64,000 nucleotides of DNA from positions 33,530,388 to 33,594,387 of the forward strand of contig NC_092670.1 of the NCBI RefSeq assembly GCF_964355755.1, in the 5' to 3' direction. The position numbers and the translations under genes are program-made. Below, one piece after another: positions 1 through 10,068 of the stretch (its first letter is position 1; each line of letters begins with the position of its first letter). The notes beneath the pieces were generated by a model. That model was not told the DNA's origin. It saw only the letters and a program-made list of their open reading frames with translations, and ran no database searches. The stretch is from Antedon mediterranea (taxonomy: Eukaryota; Animalia; Echinodermata).

Positions 1-2191
1 TTGAATAGCCAAAAAAGGAAATTAGAACATGTTTATTACAAGCATTAAAACAAAATGCTGGTGTTGAAATTACAGTAAAAATATAGTTTTTCAATTTAAC
101 AATGACAACAATTTGGCAAGATCTACTATTTTATAACCTCTGAGGTTTTATGAATAAATATCACAAATAGATCCCAGTGTTTGGTTTAAAGCCAACCTTA
201 ACAGTTGGTTACGTCATTGCAACAATAGGATATTTCCTATTGTTTGGGTAGGTTTTTATCATTTTATTTTCATAATCTCAACATACAATTAGCTGTTAAG
301 ACAAGTTAGTGCTAGATTAATCCTGATTTGATTGCTTTGTACTTATTTAATTAATACTGACCATTGCCGTCAATACTGTTAGTAGCTAATAGTATTGAAA
401 AAGTTTGCTAATAATTAAATGTTATGTGGGGCCTAGATTCTCTTGAACTATCAATACACAAATCTCTCTCTCTCTCTTGATCCTTATATTTGCTTTGTAA
501 ATTACATTTCATGCAATAAATGTTTTTTTTTATGAAAAAGGGTCCTAAGTAAATATTAGAGGAAACATTCATTGCATGATAGATTTCAAAAGTCAGGTTC
601 ATAACTTGATACATTATTTTTTTGTCAATGGAAAAAAATGTTGTGCTTATGTTATGGAACGAAATAAAGTTGATTGATTGTCAAAAATCACAAACTCATA
701 TTTTGGAAAGTGTTCTTAATCGAAAGAGCAGATTAGAATTTTTAAATATTTCTCAAACTACATTTGCCCACCATTTCCAGTAGTGTGGTTTGGTGAGAGT
801 GTAAAGAAGTATATATAACTTCATAATCCGCAGTTGAACTACACAACTCGTAGAATGCGCGCGAACATCACCATGAACCTATCTGAATATTGTGTATAAT
901 TTTATTTATTATTTGTGTATACTGCAACTCTGCTATGCTACAAAATAATAATTATTTGATTTTAGGTTTGTTGACATTTTCGAAGAGAAATCAACATTTT
1001 CGTTACGAGTTTTGACATCCATGGGTGGAGCAGCAGCTATAACGGCGAGCTTAACAATACTTGCAAATTGCTTTCAATGAACAATGTCCCAACCAATGGT
1101 AAGGGCAATTATAACACTGTTTTCATTGATGTTGATACTATATAGTCTTGCGCTTAACGCCATTGTTTTGACAACAACACATTTTAATAAATCGGTCGAT
1201 TTGTTTTTCATTTCGTGAGTAAATTTTCTGAAGCTCCCTCTGTTTTTTATCTTAAATTCTTGCTCAGTAGAGCCAGTAGATCTTGGACAAATGTGATTGA
1301 TTTGCATCGTTGGTAACATAAACCAATCCAACCCGCAATCCAATACTCATTAGTCTCACTAATTCATATAGGAGATTTTATTATTTTAACTGCTCATCCA
1401 CGTCACAGCCAATCACTTTTTGTTTCTATGGGGTAGTCAGCCTAACTGCACATGCGCAGCGACGATTGAAGGCTACATCATTGGCATTAATACAAAGTCA
1501 TCTAAAAATATAGTTTCCATCTTTGAAATAAAGTTTAATGATTTTTATGTAACTTTTTTATATAGGGAAATATTGCTGCAAGTGCTGGACTCGGTATGGT
1601 ATAGGTATATTGTTGGTGGCTTACTTTATGAGGTCAGTGTTTCCTAAATCTATTGTACCTATTATGAATACATACTGGCCATAATTCAATAAATATTACA
1701 AATTGTTAGGACTAATGCATTTCTAAAACACACCGACTGTTACGTTTTGTACAGCATTACACCGCAACAGCTCTGGTAGAGTGATTGCCATTTGAAGTTA
1801 TGAGGTCGATTTCTAGGCCATGTGTAGGAAGATGATCAACATTTCTCTGGGGTGTACGGTGGTGTCAGTGAAAATGAGAGTACGGTAGTAACCAGCCCTA
1901 CAAAAACTGGGGGATAATCTCCAGCAATAGGGCATTGCTCAGACGAGGATTTGACTTGACTACAAAGGTTTTTATGACTTGGAAACTTCCTCCACCTATA
2001 CTGAAGCTTGGTTTTAAAACCCATAATCTGAATAGCAATATTTTATAACGACATACTCGGTATACTGTACAAATACTCAACTTAACTCGCTGATTTGAGT
2101 AAAGATAGAATCGAATTAGAATGCTGTAGAATCCGATCGATTCATAATGATTGTTTACCGTAAACCTTGGATTTGGCTACAGCTGTATGAA

Positions 2192-2604
2192 AGTAGAGGT
2201 AGAGGGAATACAGTCCAAAATGGAAGGTCATACCCCCAGGGCAGAAGTATTCCAGGCCCAAATGGAATGTCATATCCCCAGGGCATATTTCATATTTTCT
2301 ATTGTTTAATTTCCTGCTATTGTATTAATAATTAGTGAAAGGTCACTCTTTGTACCAGACCGGAAAGGAATGTCATATCCCTAGGGTATTATATTTTCTA
2401 TTGTTTAATTTCCTGTTATTGTAATATTAATTAGCGAAAGGTCATTCTTTGTTAGAGAAGGGGGTTTGTTATTTTGGCGGGGTTTTCGTTTTGGCCTGGG
2501 TTAAAATATATTAGTGAAGGTAGTTCTTTGTTTGAGGATTGCTATTGTTATTTTTAGGCGGTTTGACCATTGCATAGGTCACCTTTGTTTAGTATTTCCT
2601 AATT
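2192..2604 (+). repeat. Left terminal inverted repeat of the Polinton
   Basis: Reverse complement of ~17145-17583; first 53 bp identical, then scattered substitutions and indels; contains internal ~100-bp sub-repeats starting GGAATGTCATATCCC. Confidence 0.95.
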
Positions 2605-2756
2605 TCTTTTGTTCATTGTTCTTTTTGTTTGGTACAATAGTTTTGTTTTTTATATTTTAGAGCCGTTTCTTTTTAGACATTGTAAGAAGAGGGACTGCTT
2701 TTTGTGACCTTTCCAGTTGTTTCGTCTATTTTATCGTAGAGTTACAGTATTTCGCT

Positions 2757-3308
2757 ATGTCTGGAAGTATAGATTTTTCGTTAGGTAGCTGTGTAGATAC
2801 AGTTATAATTATTAGCGATGATGAGGAGACTGTTGTTACAGGTAACGATATCGGTGATCGGTACATGCGGACCAATGAGGGTGTACCCGCCGGTGTTGAT
2901 GAAGGAGATGAGAGGGGTAGCCGGGCTACAAGTTGTATATTTACGTACGTAGATGAGGTGGAGAGAGAATTTTGATTGAAATTGGAATATTTAACCAGAG
3001 AAGTGTTTGTTTCTCAAATGTTAAACATGTGTTGGATGTTAAGTAAAGCGGCTTGTTATGGTTGCGAATTTGATAGGCCTGGTCAAAAAGATCATGACTT
3101 CTGTTTAATGAAATCTCCAGAAGAACAGATTGATTATTTTTATCGGGAGGTTCTGGATAAAGAGTATGTTACAGACGATACCGTGTACAGCGAGCTGAAT
3201 AAGTACGAGGAATATTCATTACCACGGTATAGACATTTTGTTTACTTTCTCGTAAATACCTTGACTAATTCAGAGAACCTGTATAAGTTATTGTGTGAGG
3301 ATATCTAA
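2757..3308 (+). CDS. Polinton accessory protein with a Cys/His cluster (CYGC...PGQKDHDFC), split by an in-frame TGA at 2973-2975
   Basis: ORFs 2757-2975 and 2976-3308 are in the same frame and separated only by one TGA. Acidic N-terminus, then a CxxC-x9-H-x2-C putative zinc-binding motif. Could alternatively start at the internal ATG near 3018. Confidence 0.6.
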
Positions 3309-3466
3309 AACGTGTTTCGCACGTGCCACGGAAAAACGATTGACCGGAAAACAAACAGTTAACAATGCTTTAAGCCGCACGTGTTGTAGGGAGACAATTG
3401 ATAGGAAAAACAATTAACAACGCTTTAGGCTAATTACTTTTAAAAAGGTACTTCCGTACTCAACTG

Positions 3467-3501
3467 TATATATATCGGAGCTGATTCAAACGAAATCATT
3501 C
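3467..3501 (+). promoter_or_regulatory. TATA box plus TCATTC initiator upstream of the PC4 gene
   Basis: TATATATAT at 3467 and TCATTC at 3496-3501 (29-nt offset); ACTTCCG ETS-like site at 3450 and two CACGTG E-boxes further upstream. Confidence 0.55.
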
Positions 3502-3564
3502 AGAACTATCAACCATCATTCGTTTTACTCTCTCTGTACATCACTCTACATACAATCGCTCAAC

Positions 3565-4380
3565 ATGAGTTTCAAAAACGTACCTGCTCCAAAATTAGCA
3601 ATTGGTGAGAAGGCTCGTAGGACTATGAAAAGAGTTATGGGAAGCTCTAAATCTGACGAGTTAAGCAGTTTTAAAGTACCAACGATGACTTCTAACTCCT
3701 CGAAATTATTGGATCCTAGAAAATTTTTCAACGGTCAATCTAACGATTTGAGTAAAGCAACGAAGCCGTCAACAAGTAAAAAAACATTTCACTCTGCCTC
3801 AGGAATGAGCGCCAAGGATTATGCCGAAATGACCGGTGCTGAACCAAAGATTACAATAACCTCAACAAACAGGATTTTTCTGTCTGAAAAACGCCATGTA
3901 GTGGCCCAGCGCTGGGGTGAAGTTGTTTATGTTTGCCTCAGAGAATTTTATCAAACGGAAGAAAATGGTGCCTTCAAACCTGGGCCTGTAGGTATTAATT
4001 TACCCGTTCTGTTGTGGCAAAAACTTTTTACCAATATTGATTTAATTCTTCAAGCCCTAGACGATTTGCAAAGAGACATTAACTTGGTGGAGGCAGTAAG
4101 AATCCCTCTTTCGGACACACCTATAATACATGTGATAGTTAGTAACTGGAAAGAAGAGCAGTTTGTATGTATTCGCCGTTGTTACCAGGCCGAAGAAGGA
4201 GGCGAGTTTAAGCCCGGCAAAAAAGGTATAAACCTTCCAAAGAAACAATGGTACAAGTTGATCGAACAACACGGCGAAATACAAAAGATGATTGAAGAGG
4301 TTGATAATGCAGTTACCGTCGACGGTGGTGTTGACGAAAACGATAACGGAGGACGCAGGCCTAAATCAATGTTGAAATAA
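3565..4380 (+). CDS. Protein with two tandem PC4/Sub1-like ssDNA-binding domains
   Basis: Two copies of the PC4 signature: VYVCLREFYQ...FKPGPVGINLPVLLWQKL and QFVCIRRCYQ...FKPGKKGINLPKKQWYKL, after a Ser/Lys-rich N-terminus as in PC4. Confidence 0.85.
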   Translation: MSFKNVPAPKLAIGEKARRTMKRVMGSSKSDELSSFKVPTMTSNSSKLLDPRKFFNGQSNDLSKATKPSTSKKTFHSASGMSAKDYAEMTGAEPKITITSTNRIFLSEKRHVVAQRWGEVVYVCLREFYQTEENGAFKPGPVGINLPVLLWQKLFTNIDLILQALDDLQRDINLVEAVRIPLSDTPIIHVIVSNWKEEQFVCIRRCYQAEEGGEFKPGKKGINLPKKQWYKLIEQHGEIQKMIEEVDNAVTVDGGVDENDNGGRRPKSMLK

Positions 4381-4666
4381 CTTTCTTAACAATGAACTAT
4401 AAATCAAATTATTTGTTTACCGACTTCATTTACAATTTATTTGTATTCTTTTATTTTCACGATTATTCTAATTACTTGCAATTATTTTTAAAAGTATTAG
4501 TAAACCAAATGTATGTAAACTATATTTCCAATTGTACTATATTTGATTCGTGCGGTGTGTTAATAAAAAATATTGTTTGATAATTTACAAAAAAAAAATG
4601 TTGTTGTTCTTTTTTTAAAAGTAATGTTTTATGTGTGAGTGTTTCATTTCAACGAGTGAGAGATTT

Positions 4667-5728
4667 ATGGACAGACTATTAAGTTCTACGTACTACGACC
4701 CAAAAAACCCTGGTAGTTTCGGGGGTGTCGATCGACTTTATACAAACGTGAAAAATGACTCTAATATTTCAAAGACTGACGTTCAAGGCTGGTTAGAAAA
4801 ACAAGATACGTACACTCTTCATAAACCTATTCAAAGACGTTTTCAGAGAAACAGGGTGTTTGTTACAGCTATTGACGAGCAGTGGGAATTGGATCTCGTT
4901 GACTTGTCTTCTTTAAAAAAGTATAATAAACAAAACACGTTTCTTATTACGTGTATAGACGTACTTTATAGTAAATATGCATGGGTTTTACCTATAAAGA
5001 ATAAATCTGCCGATTCTATGCTTACTGCTATGAAAAAACTATTATCTGGAAAAAGAAAGCCATTAAAAATTCACACTGATAAAGGTACAGAGTTTACTAA
5101 TCGTAAAGTTCAAGCGCTCCTAAAATCGTTGAATATACATTTTTTCACTACCAATAACGAAACAAAAGCTAGCATCGTGGAAAGATTCAATAGATCGTTG
5201 AAAACTAGGATGTGGAGATACTTTACATCAAAAGCTACTCGAAAATATATAGACGTACTTCCAAAATTAGTATCGAGTTACAATAATTCTAAACACAGAT
5301 CAATCGGTATGGCGCCCTCACAGGTTACAAAAGATAACGAACATGAAGTTTGGGAAAATCTGTATAAAATGAAGCAAAAGAAACAAGTTCGGCCCAAGTT
5401 CAAAGAGGGTAATAAAGTGCGAATAAGTAGATACAAAATGCCTTTCGAGAAAGGTTACCTGGCAAACTGGACGGAGGAGATATTTAGGATACGTAAGCGT
5501 ACCGGTTCGACCGTTCCCACATATAAACTGGAGGATTGGGACGGCGAAATCATAGAAGGTACTTTTTACGAAAAGGAATTGCAAAAAGTATCCAAAAGTG
5601 ACAAGGATACGTATCGCGTGGAAGAAGTAATAAAGAAAAGAAAACGAGGAGGGAAAACGGAATATTTCGTTAAGTGGTTAGGTTATCCGGCCAAGTTCAA
5701 CAGTTGGGTTCAGAATATTGCCCGGTAA
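4667..5728 (+). CDS. int: Retroviral-like (rve) DDE integrase with C-terminal chromodomain
   Basis: YYDPKNPGSFGG N-terminus; DDE triad in WELDLVD / HTDKGTEF / IVERFNRSLK; chromodomain YRVEEVIKKR...YFVKWLGYP...NSWV. Start chosen at ATG 4667, downstream of a TATA/Inr-like pair; the ORF is open from 4631. Confidence 0.95.
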   Translation: MDRLLSSTYYDPKNPGSFGGVDRLYTNVKNDSNISKTDVQGWLEKQDTYTLHKPIQRRFQRNRVFVTAIDEQWELDLVDLSSLKKYNKQNTFLITCIDVLYSKYAWVLPIKNKSADSMLTAMKKLLSGKRKPLKIHTDKGTEFTNRKVQALLKSLNIHFFTTNNETKASIVERFNRSLKTRMWRYFTSKATRKYIDVLPKLVSSYNNSKHRSIGMAPSQVTKDNEHEVWENLYKMKQKKQVRPKFKEGNKVRISRYKMPFEKGYLANWTEEIFRIRKRTGSTVPTYKLEDWDGEIIEGTFYEKELQKVSKSDKDTYRVEEVIKKRKRGGKTEYFVKWLGYPAKFNSWVQNIAR

Positions 5729-5733
5729 ACATC

Positions 5734-6510
5734 ATGACGGCTCAGTTTTACGTCCTCTTACCTAGCAACAGTTCCATGAACTGTTTTCCCGAAAATACTC
5801 TTACGAGATACACGACCAAGCTGGCGGAGCCTATTCATTTGTACGGTGAATGGGAGGTTGGTTTAAGTGAAATTTATTATCCCCACACGTGGTATAACGT
5901 CGACGATACCAACAATAAATTGCTGGTGAATATAAGAGATAACGAATTAGAAGAAGAAGACTCGTCGATCGAAATAGCTATAGCCCCAGGGTTTTATTCA
6001 ACCGGAGGTAAAGTGATTGATGCTCTTAACGAGGTTTTGGTTTCAAAGTCGTTACAGTCCAAAGTGAGATTTCGGTTCAGCTCAATTAAAGAAGTGATTA
6101 ACGTGGAAACCGCCAAAGAAGCATCAGTTACGCTATTAAATGGATTACCCATATTACTCGGTATGGACGAATCATCGATTCCCCGAGGATCTATTACACA
6201 CGGTTCTAGACCCGCGTACATTCATCACAGAGTGCCGACGTTGTTTTTGTACACCGATATAATCGAATCTCAACGAGTTGGAGACGCGAGCGTCCCTATT
6301 TTGAAAGCGCTACAAACCAGAGAATCAAACATGAAGAAAAATGTCGGACATACGTTTGCTAGTCCGCAATACAAAAGGGTGGTGAAAAAAGATATCGATA
6401 CCATCCTTATAGATATAAGAAACGACACGGGAGAAAAGGTATCATTTCAACGAGGAAGGGTTCTCGCTAAACTACATTTCAGACAGGCCAGATCGTCGTA
6501 CCTCGTTTAA
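5734..6510 (+). CDS. Minor capsid protein (penton-like, Polinton PX)
   Basis: FYVLLPSNSS...FPENT...L..PI.L.GEWEVGL.EI.YP..W.N N-terminus and LYTDII...VGD...P.L...Y..V....I..I.IDI...GE...F..G...LHF C-terminus typical of Polinton mCP; ATG at 5734, 5 nt after the integrase stop. Confidence 0.88.
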   Translation: MTAQFYVLLPSNSSMNCFPENTLTRYTTKLAEPIHLYGEWEVGLSEIYYPHTWYNVDDTNNKLLVNIRDNELEEEDSSIEIAIAPGFYSTGGKVIDALNEVLVSKSLQSKVRFRFSSIKEVINVETAKEASVTLLNGLPILLGMDESSIPRGSITHGSRPAYIHHRVPTLFLYTDIIESQRVGDASVPILKALQTRESNMKKNVGHTFASPQYKRVVKKDIDTILIDIRNDTGEKVSFQRGRVLAKLHFRQARSSYLV

Positions 6511-6534
6511 AAAAACAACAACAAATAAATAAAG

Positions 6535-6921
6535 ATGGGGGCAGATGCTTACGAAGATTACTACGTCAGACAGGCTGGAGGTATCGACATACCGGTGTTC
6601 CAAGGGTCGTACAATCAAAGAGGGTTCGGGTTGGGAGGTATCTTGTCCGGTCTCTTTAAACAGGCTGTACCGCTGCTAAAGAAAGGTGCAAAGGCTCTCG
6701 GAAAACAAGCATTGCGCATGGGTGGTGAATTAGTGGGAGATGTTCTGAGCGGTAAAAACGTTAAACAAGCTGCAAAACGTAGATTTACTCAGGCGGGTCA
6801 ACGTATCGTTTCCCAAAATGGTAACGGTAGGGTGAATAAAAAGAGAAAACGTAAGCGTAAAGGCATCAGTCGATCGAACGCAAAGAGAGTAAGAAGATCC
6901 TCCGATATATTCGATATCTAA
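6535..6921 (+). CDS. Small basic conserved Polinton protein (putative virion core/membrane-active protein)
   Basis: YEDYY..QAGG, QRGFGLGGILSGLFK amphipathic segment and Lys/Arg-rich tail; sits between mCP and MCP. Confidence 0.85.
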   Translation: MGADAYEDYYVRQAGGIDIPVFQGSYNQRGFGLGGILSGLFKQAVPLLKKGAKALGKQALRMGGELVGDVLSGKNVKQAAKRRFTQAGQRIVSQNGNGRVNKKRKRKRKGISRSNAKRVRRSSDIFDI

Positions 6922-6924
6922 AAA

Positions 6925-8247
6925 ATGGCTTTTGTACACAATCACTCGTGCGAGTGTTTAAAATCGGAATTGGACTTGTTTTCTGTACCGCCGACACAGA
7001 CTAGTATAACCAAAGGACAATGGGTGCAATATCACCCTTTCAACAGCATCACCGACGTGGGCCCCTTGCAATTCAACATACAAGGGTCTAGCGAGGAATA
7101 CATGGATTTGTCGCAGACGATGCTTAATGTTAAACTAAAAATTACTAAACAAGACGGAACCGATCTCCAGCCCGCCGATCCGGTAGGCCCTGCCAATTTA
7201 CTTTTGCAATCATTGTTTAGCGAAGTTGACGTTTCTTTGAACGAGAGATTGATTACCCCTTCGACAAATACTTATTCGTATAGGGCATTAATTGAAACAT
7301 TACTGACTTATGGATCCGATGCCAAGAATACACACCTCACGGGTGGGTTTTTTCATAAAGACACGGCCGGTAAAATGGATGTAGCTGACCCTACGCTAGC
7401 CGAAAATGCGGTGAATAAAGGTCTTAAAAAACGGGCTCAATACATTGGCGGTAGTCGTTTTGTCGACTTGATTGGACCTATTCATTGCGATATATTTTTC
7501 CAAGATCGGATGATGCTCAACGGTGTAGATGTCAAAATTAAACTGCATCGAAGTAAAAACGCATTTAGTCTCATGTCTTCAGATGCCGCGGCCGGTTTTA
7601 AGATCCGCCTGGAAGACGCGTCCTTGTTTGTTCGCAAGGTCCGCCTGAACCCGTCTATCGCGCTAGCCCACGCAAAAGCTCTGGAACGCGGTCCGGCCAA
7701 ATACCCGCTGCGTCGCGTTGAGGTCAAGACATTAACTATACCGCGCGGTAATCTATCGTTTACGAGGGAATCGCTGTACAACGGTAATCTACCGAAACGC
7801 CTGGTTGTAGGACTGGTGACCACCGAAGCATTCAACGGTAGCTACGAGAAGAATCCCTACAATTTTCAACATTTCAACACCAATTTCCTGGCTCTATATA
7901 TTGACGGTGAGCAAGTACCGTGGAAACCGTTAAAACCAACGTTCGAAGACGGAGGCAACTACATGCTGGCGTATCAGAGTCTATTTTCGGGTTCTAACAC
8001 GTTGTTCCAGGATACCGGAAATCAGATTTCTAGAGACGATTATCCTAAAGGCTATTCGTTGTTTGCTTTTGACCTGACTCCCGATTTGGCAAATGCCGGA
8101 CATTTTAATCTAATTCGGCAGGGAAATATACGTTTAGAAATTCAGTTTTCTACGGCTTTGACCGAGACCATCAACATTTTAGTTTATTCAGAATTTGATT
8201 CAATCATAGAAATTGACAAGTCTCGTAACGTAATTATAGATTTTTAA
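6925..8247 (+). CDS. Major capsid protein (double jelly-roll, Polinton PY)
   Basis: 440 aa with EC.KSELDLF..PPTQ start, Y.YRA.IE.LL.Y, LP.R.VVG.V...AFNG....NPYNFQH, Y..GY.LFAFDLTPD and IEID..RNV..D end, typical of Polinton MCPs. Confidence 0.93.
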   Translation: MAFVHNHSCECLKSELDLFSVPPTQTSITKGQWVQYHPFNSITDVGPLQFNIQGSSEEYMDLSQTMLNVKLKITKQDGTDLQPADPVGPANLLLQSLFSEVDVSLNERLITPSTNTYSYRALIETLLTYGSDAKNTHLTGGFFHKDTAGKMDVADPTLAENAVNKGLKKRAQYIGGSRFVDLIGPIHCDIFFQDRMMLNGVDVKIKLHRSKNAFSLMSSDAAAGFKIRLEDASLFVRKVRLNPSIALAHAKALERGPAKYPLRRVEVKTLTIPRGNLSFTRESLYNGNLPKRLVVGLVTTEAFNGSYEKNPYNFQHFNTNFLALYIDGEQVPWKPLKPTFEDGGNYMLAYQSLFSGSNTLFQDTGNQISRDDYPKGYSLFAFDLTPDLANAGHFNLIRQGNIRLEIQFSTALTETINILVYSEFDSIIEIDKSRNVIIDF

Positions 8248-8249
8248 TT

Positions 8250-8774
8250 ATGAACACGATACAACTATTGAGGTTAATTAAATCAGATCCGTTGGCTAGT
8301 GGATACTTTCGAGGGGTGTACCCGTCTGACTTGTTACCTTTAGGGCATACGGGATATCCTAGAGCTTACATAGCAAACGTTGAGCCTAGCAATCAAAACG
8401 GTTCGCATTGGGTAGCTTTCTTTTTTAACAACTTAAACAAAGGTGAATTTTTCGATTCTTTTGGGAACCCCCCAAATTACTATAGTAATCATTTTGTTAA
8501 TTTTCTCGATAACTCTGTAGAAAGTTGGACATTTAACGATAAAGCGTTACAAGCGCCCTTGTCTACGGTATGCGGACAGTATTGTATTTTTTATATTCTT
8601 CATAAATGTAGAAGAGTGGATACGTCCACGATAGTAAATATGTTTGGTAAAGATAAACCATCCAATGATTGGTTCGTCAATGATTTTGTAAAACGTCGAT
8701 ACGATGTTAACTTACCCGTATACGATAGTGAATATATTAAAGTACAATTTGTCAAAATGTTATTGAATGCGTAG
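8250..8774 (+). CDS. Adenain-like (C5) cysteine maturation protease
   Basis: Catalytic motifs GSHWVAF (His), FFDSFG (Asp), Q...STVCGQYC (Gln/Cys). Confidence 0.95.
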   Translation: MNTIQLLRLIKSDPLASGYFRGVYPSDLLPLGHTGYPRAYIANVEPSNQNGSHWVAFFFNNLNKGEFFDSFGNPPNYYSNHFVNFLDNSVESWTFNDKALQAPLSTVCGQYCIFYILHKCRRVDTSTIVNMFGKDKPSNDWFVNDFVKRRYDVNLPVYDSEYIKVQFVKMLLNA

Positions 8775-8922
8775 TAAATAAAAATTGTTTTTTTTTTAAA
8801 AATGGATATGTTTTGGACGTTTTATTTATCGAGCGACTACAACAACAAATTCGAGTTTATTTTATTTATTTCTTTTTTATTCAATTCCTTTCCTCATTAT
8901 AGTACATAAAGATTAATGTTTT

Positions 8923-9693
8923 TTAAAAATTTAACCATTTAGGTTTAGGTTGTCTAGCTGAACGCCTCTTGGCAGGCGCTCGAAAGGTAAGTTTTTCATC
9001 CTCATCATCATCGTCATCGAGGTCATAATCCTCCTCATTCTTTCGTTTAGGTAGTGCGTGAGGAGGTGTACCACTCGATTTAATTCTTTGTAAGGTACGA
9101 CGTCTCGTCGGATTTCCAATCAAACTTTCAGGGGTGTTCAATTTCGCCAATACCGTTATAAAATCCCTCCAGCCTATAGGTTCAAATCCTTTCTTTTCTT
9201 GTATTATATCTTTTGTCAAATCGAGTAAATTACTCCCCTTTACCATTTGTCCTTCGATTAGTAGTTCACCGTATCTTGACCAATCAATTACTCCCATCTT
9301 CCGGTAACGGTCTAGCCGGTCCAGAAATGTTTTTGTTTTGGATTTCAACGATGAGGGCATACTTTGTAGTATTTCTTTAGATATAGAGTCCGTATAATCT
9401 TCTTTAGATTCTGCGCCATTTTCGTTTATTTCAACGTTCCCCGTTTGTTGTACGTTCAAGCTCATAGGTGAAGGGTTATTTACGGGTTTCTCTTTATTTA
9501 AATATCGTTGAAGTACTTGATTGTACATGGTAATTTTATCGTAATCGTGTAAGTCATCCCTTTCGAGTATACCCTTCATAGAATTATCTAAACCAGAAGT
9601 GATTGTCTCGTGATTTTTCTCGTAACGTTTACTGTACAAAGTCGTATTTGCCAGTTCCTGAGGTATCAATACCATTTTCTTGGTATGCTGCAT
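8923..9693 (-). CDS. Conserved uncharacterised Polinton protein (probably PZ-type)
   Basis: 256-aa intact ORF with KMVLIP, YNQVLQRYL, W...GE....G....GSN..DL, P.GW..F...L...N.P.SLIGN and a terminal KWLNF, recalled from Polinton proteins; the PZ name is tentative. Confidence 0.75.
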   Translation of the reverse strand: MQHTKKMVLIPQELANTTLYSKRYEKNHETITSGLDNSMKGILERDDLHDYDKITMYNQVLQRYLNKEKPVNNPSPMSLNVQQTGNVEINENGAESKEDYTDSISKEILQSMPSSLKSKTKTFLDRLDRYRKMGVIDWSRYGELLIEGQMVKGSNLLDLTKDIIQEKKGFEPIGWRDFITVLAKLNTPESLIGNPTRRRTLQRIKSSGTPPHALPKRKNEEDYDLDDDDDEDEKLTFRAPAKRRSARQPKPKWLNF

Positions 9694-10019
9694 TATTTCA
9701 ATAGTAAACTACCCAATGTTTGTAGAATCGGTTGTAATATAAGACCGAGGAAGCCGCCCTTTTGAATAAGTAAACGTTTTCTCTTGAGAGGCGAAATGCT
9801 TTTATTGGTAATATCACGCATGTGTTTCTTGTACCGAGCCAACTTCTTCTTGTGAGCGTTGGATACTTGCACTCGACCTTTTAAAACATTCATTGAGCAT
9901 TCGCACAAAGCCGTCACCAGTTGATCGTCCGCGTTTTCCAAGATAATTTTTCTTTGACGCGGTGAACAGTGGGCTAGGAAACGAATAGTTTCAGCGTTCT
10001 TTTTGATACGTTTCGACAT
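9693..10019 (-). CDS. Small basic Polinton protein ending QKGG-FLGLILQPILQTLGSLL (adenovirus pX/mu-like organisation)
   Basis: 108 aa from ATG at 10019; basic body with CEC..N.L.G motif and a hydrophobic tail after GG; its TAA overlaps the next ATG (TAATG). Confidence 0.8.
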   Translation of the reverse strand: MSKRIKKNAETIRFLAHCSPRQRKIILENADDQLVTALCECSMNVLKGRVQVSNAHKKKLARYKKHMRDITNKSISPLKRKRLLIQKGGFLGLILQPILQTLGSLLLK

Positions 10020-10068
10020 GATGTTGGTAAACAGGTAAATGAATAAATAGAACGGTACAGGCTGCGTT

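Noticed and set aside
5674-5733. N-terminal extensions given by the ORF track for mCP (also 10020-10091 and 10705-10776)
   Set aside because: They begin at non-ATG codons, overlap neighbouring genes or promoters, and family-like sequence starts at the downstream ATG.
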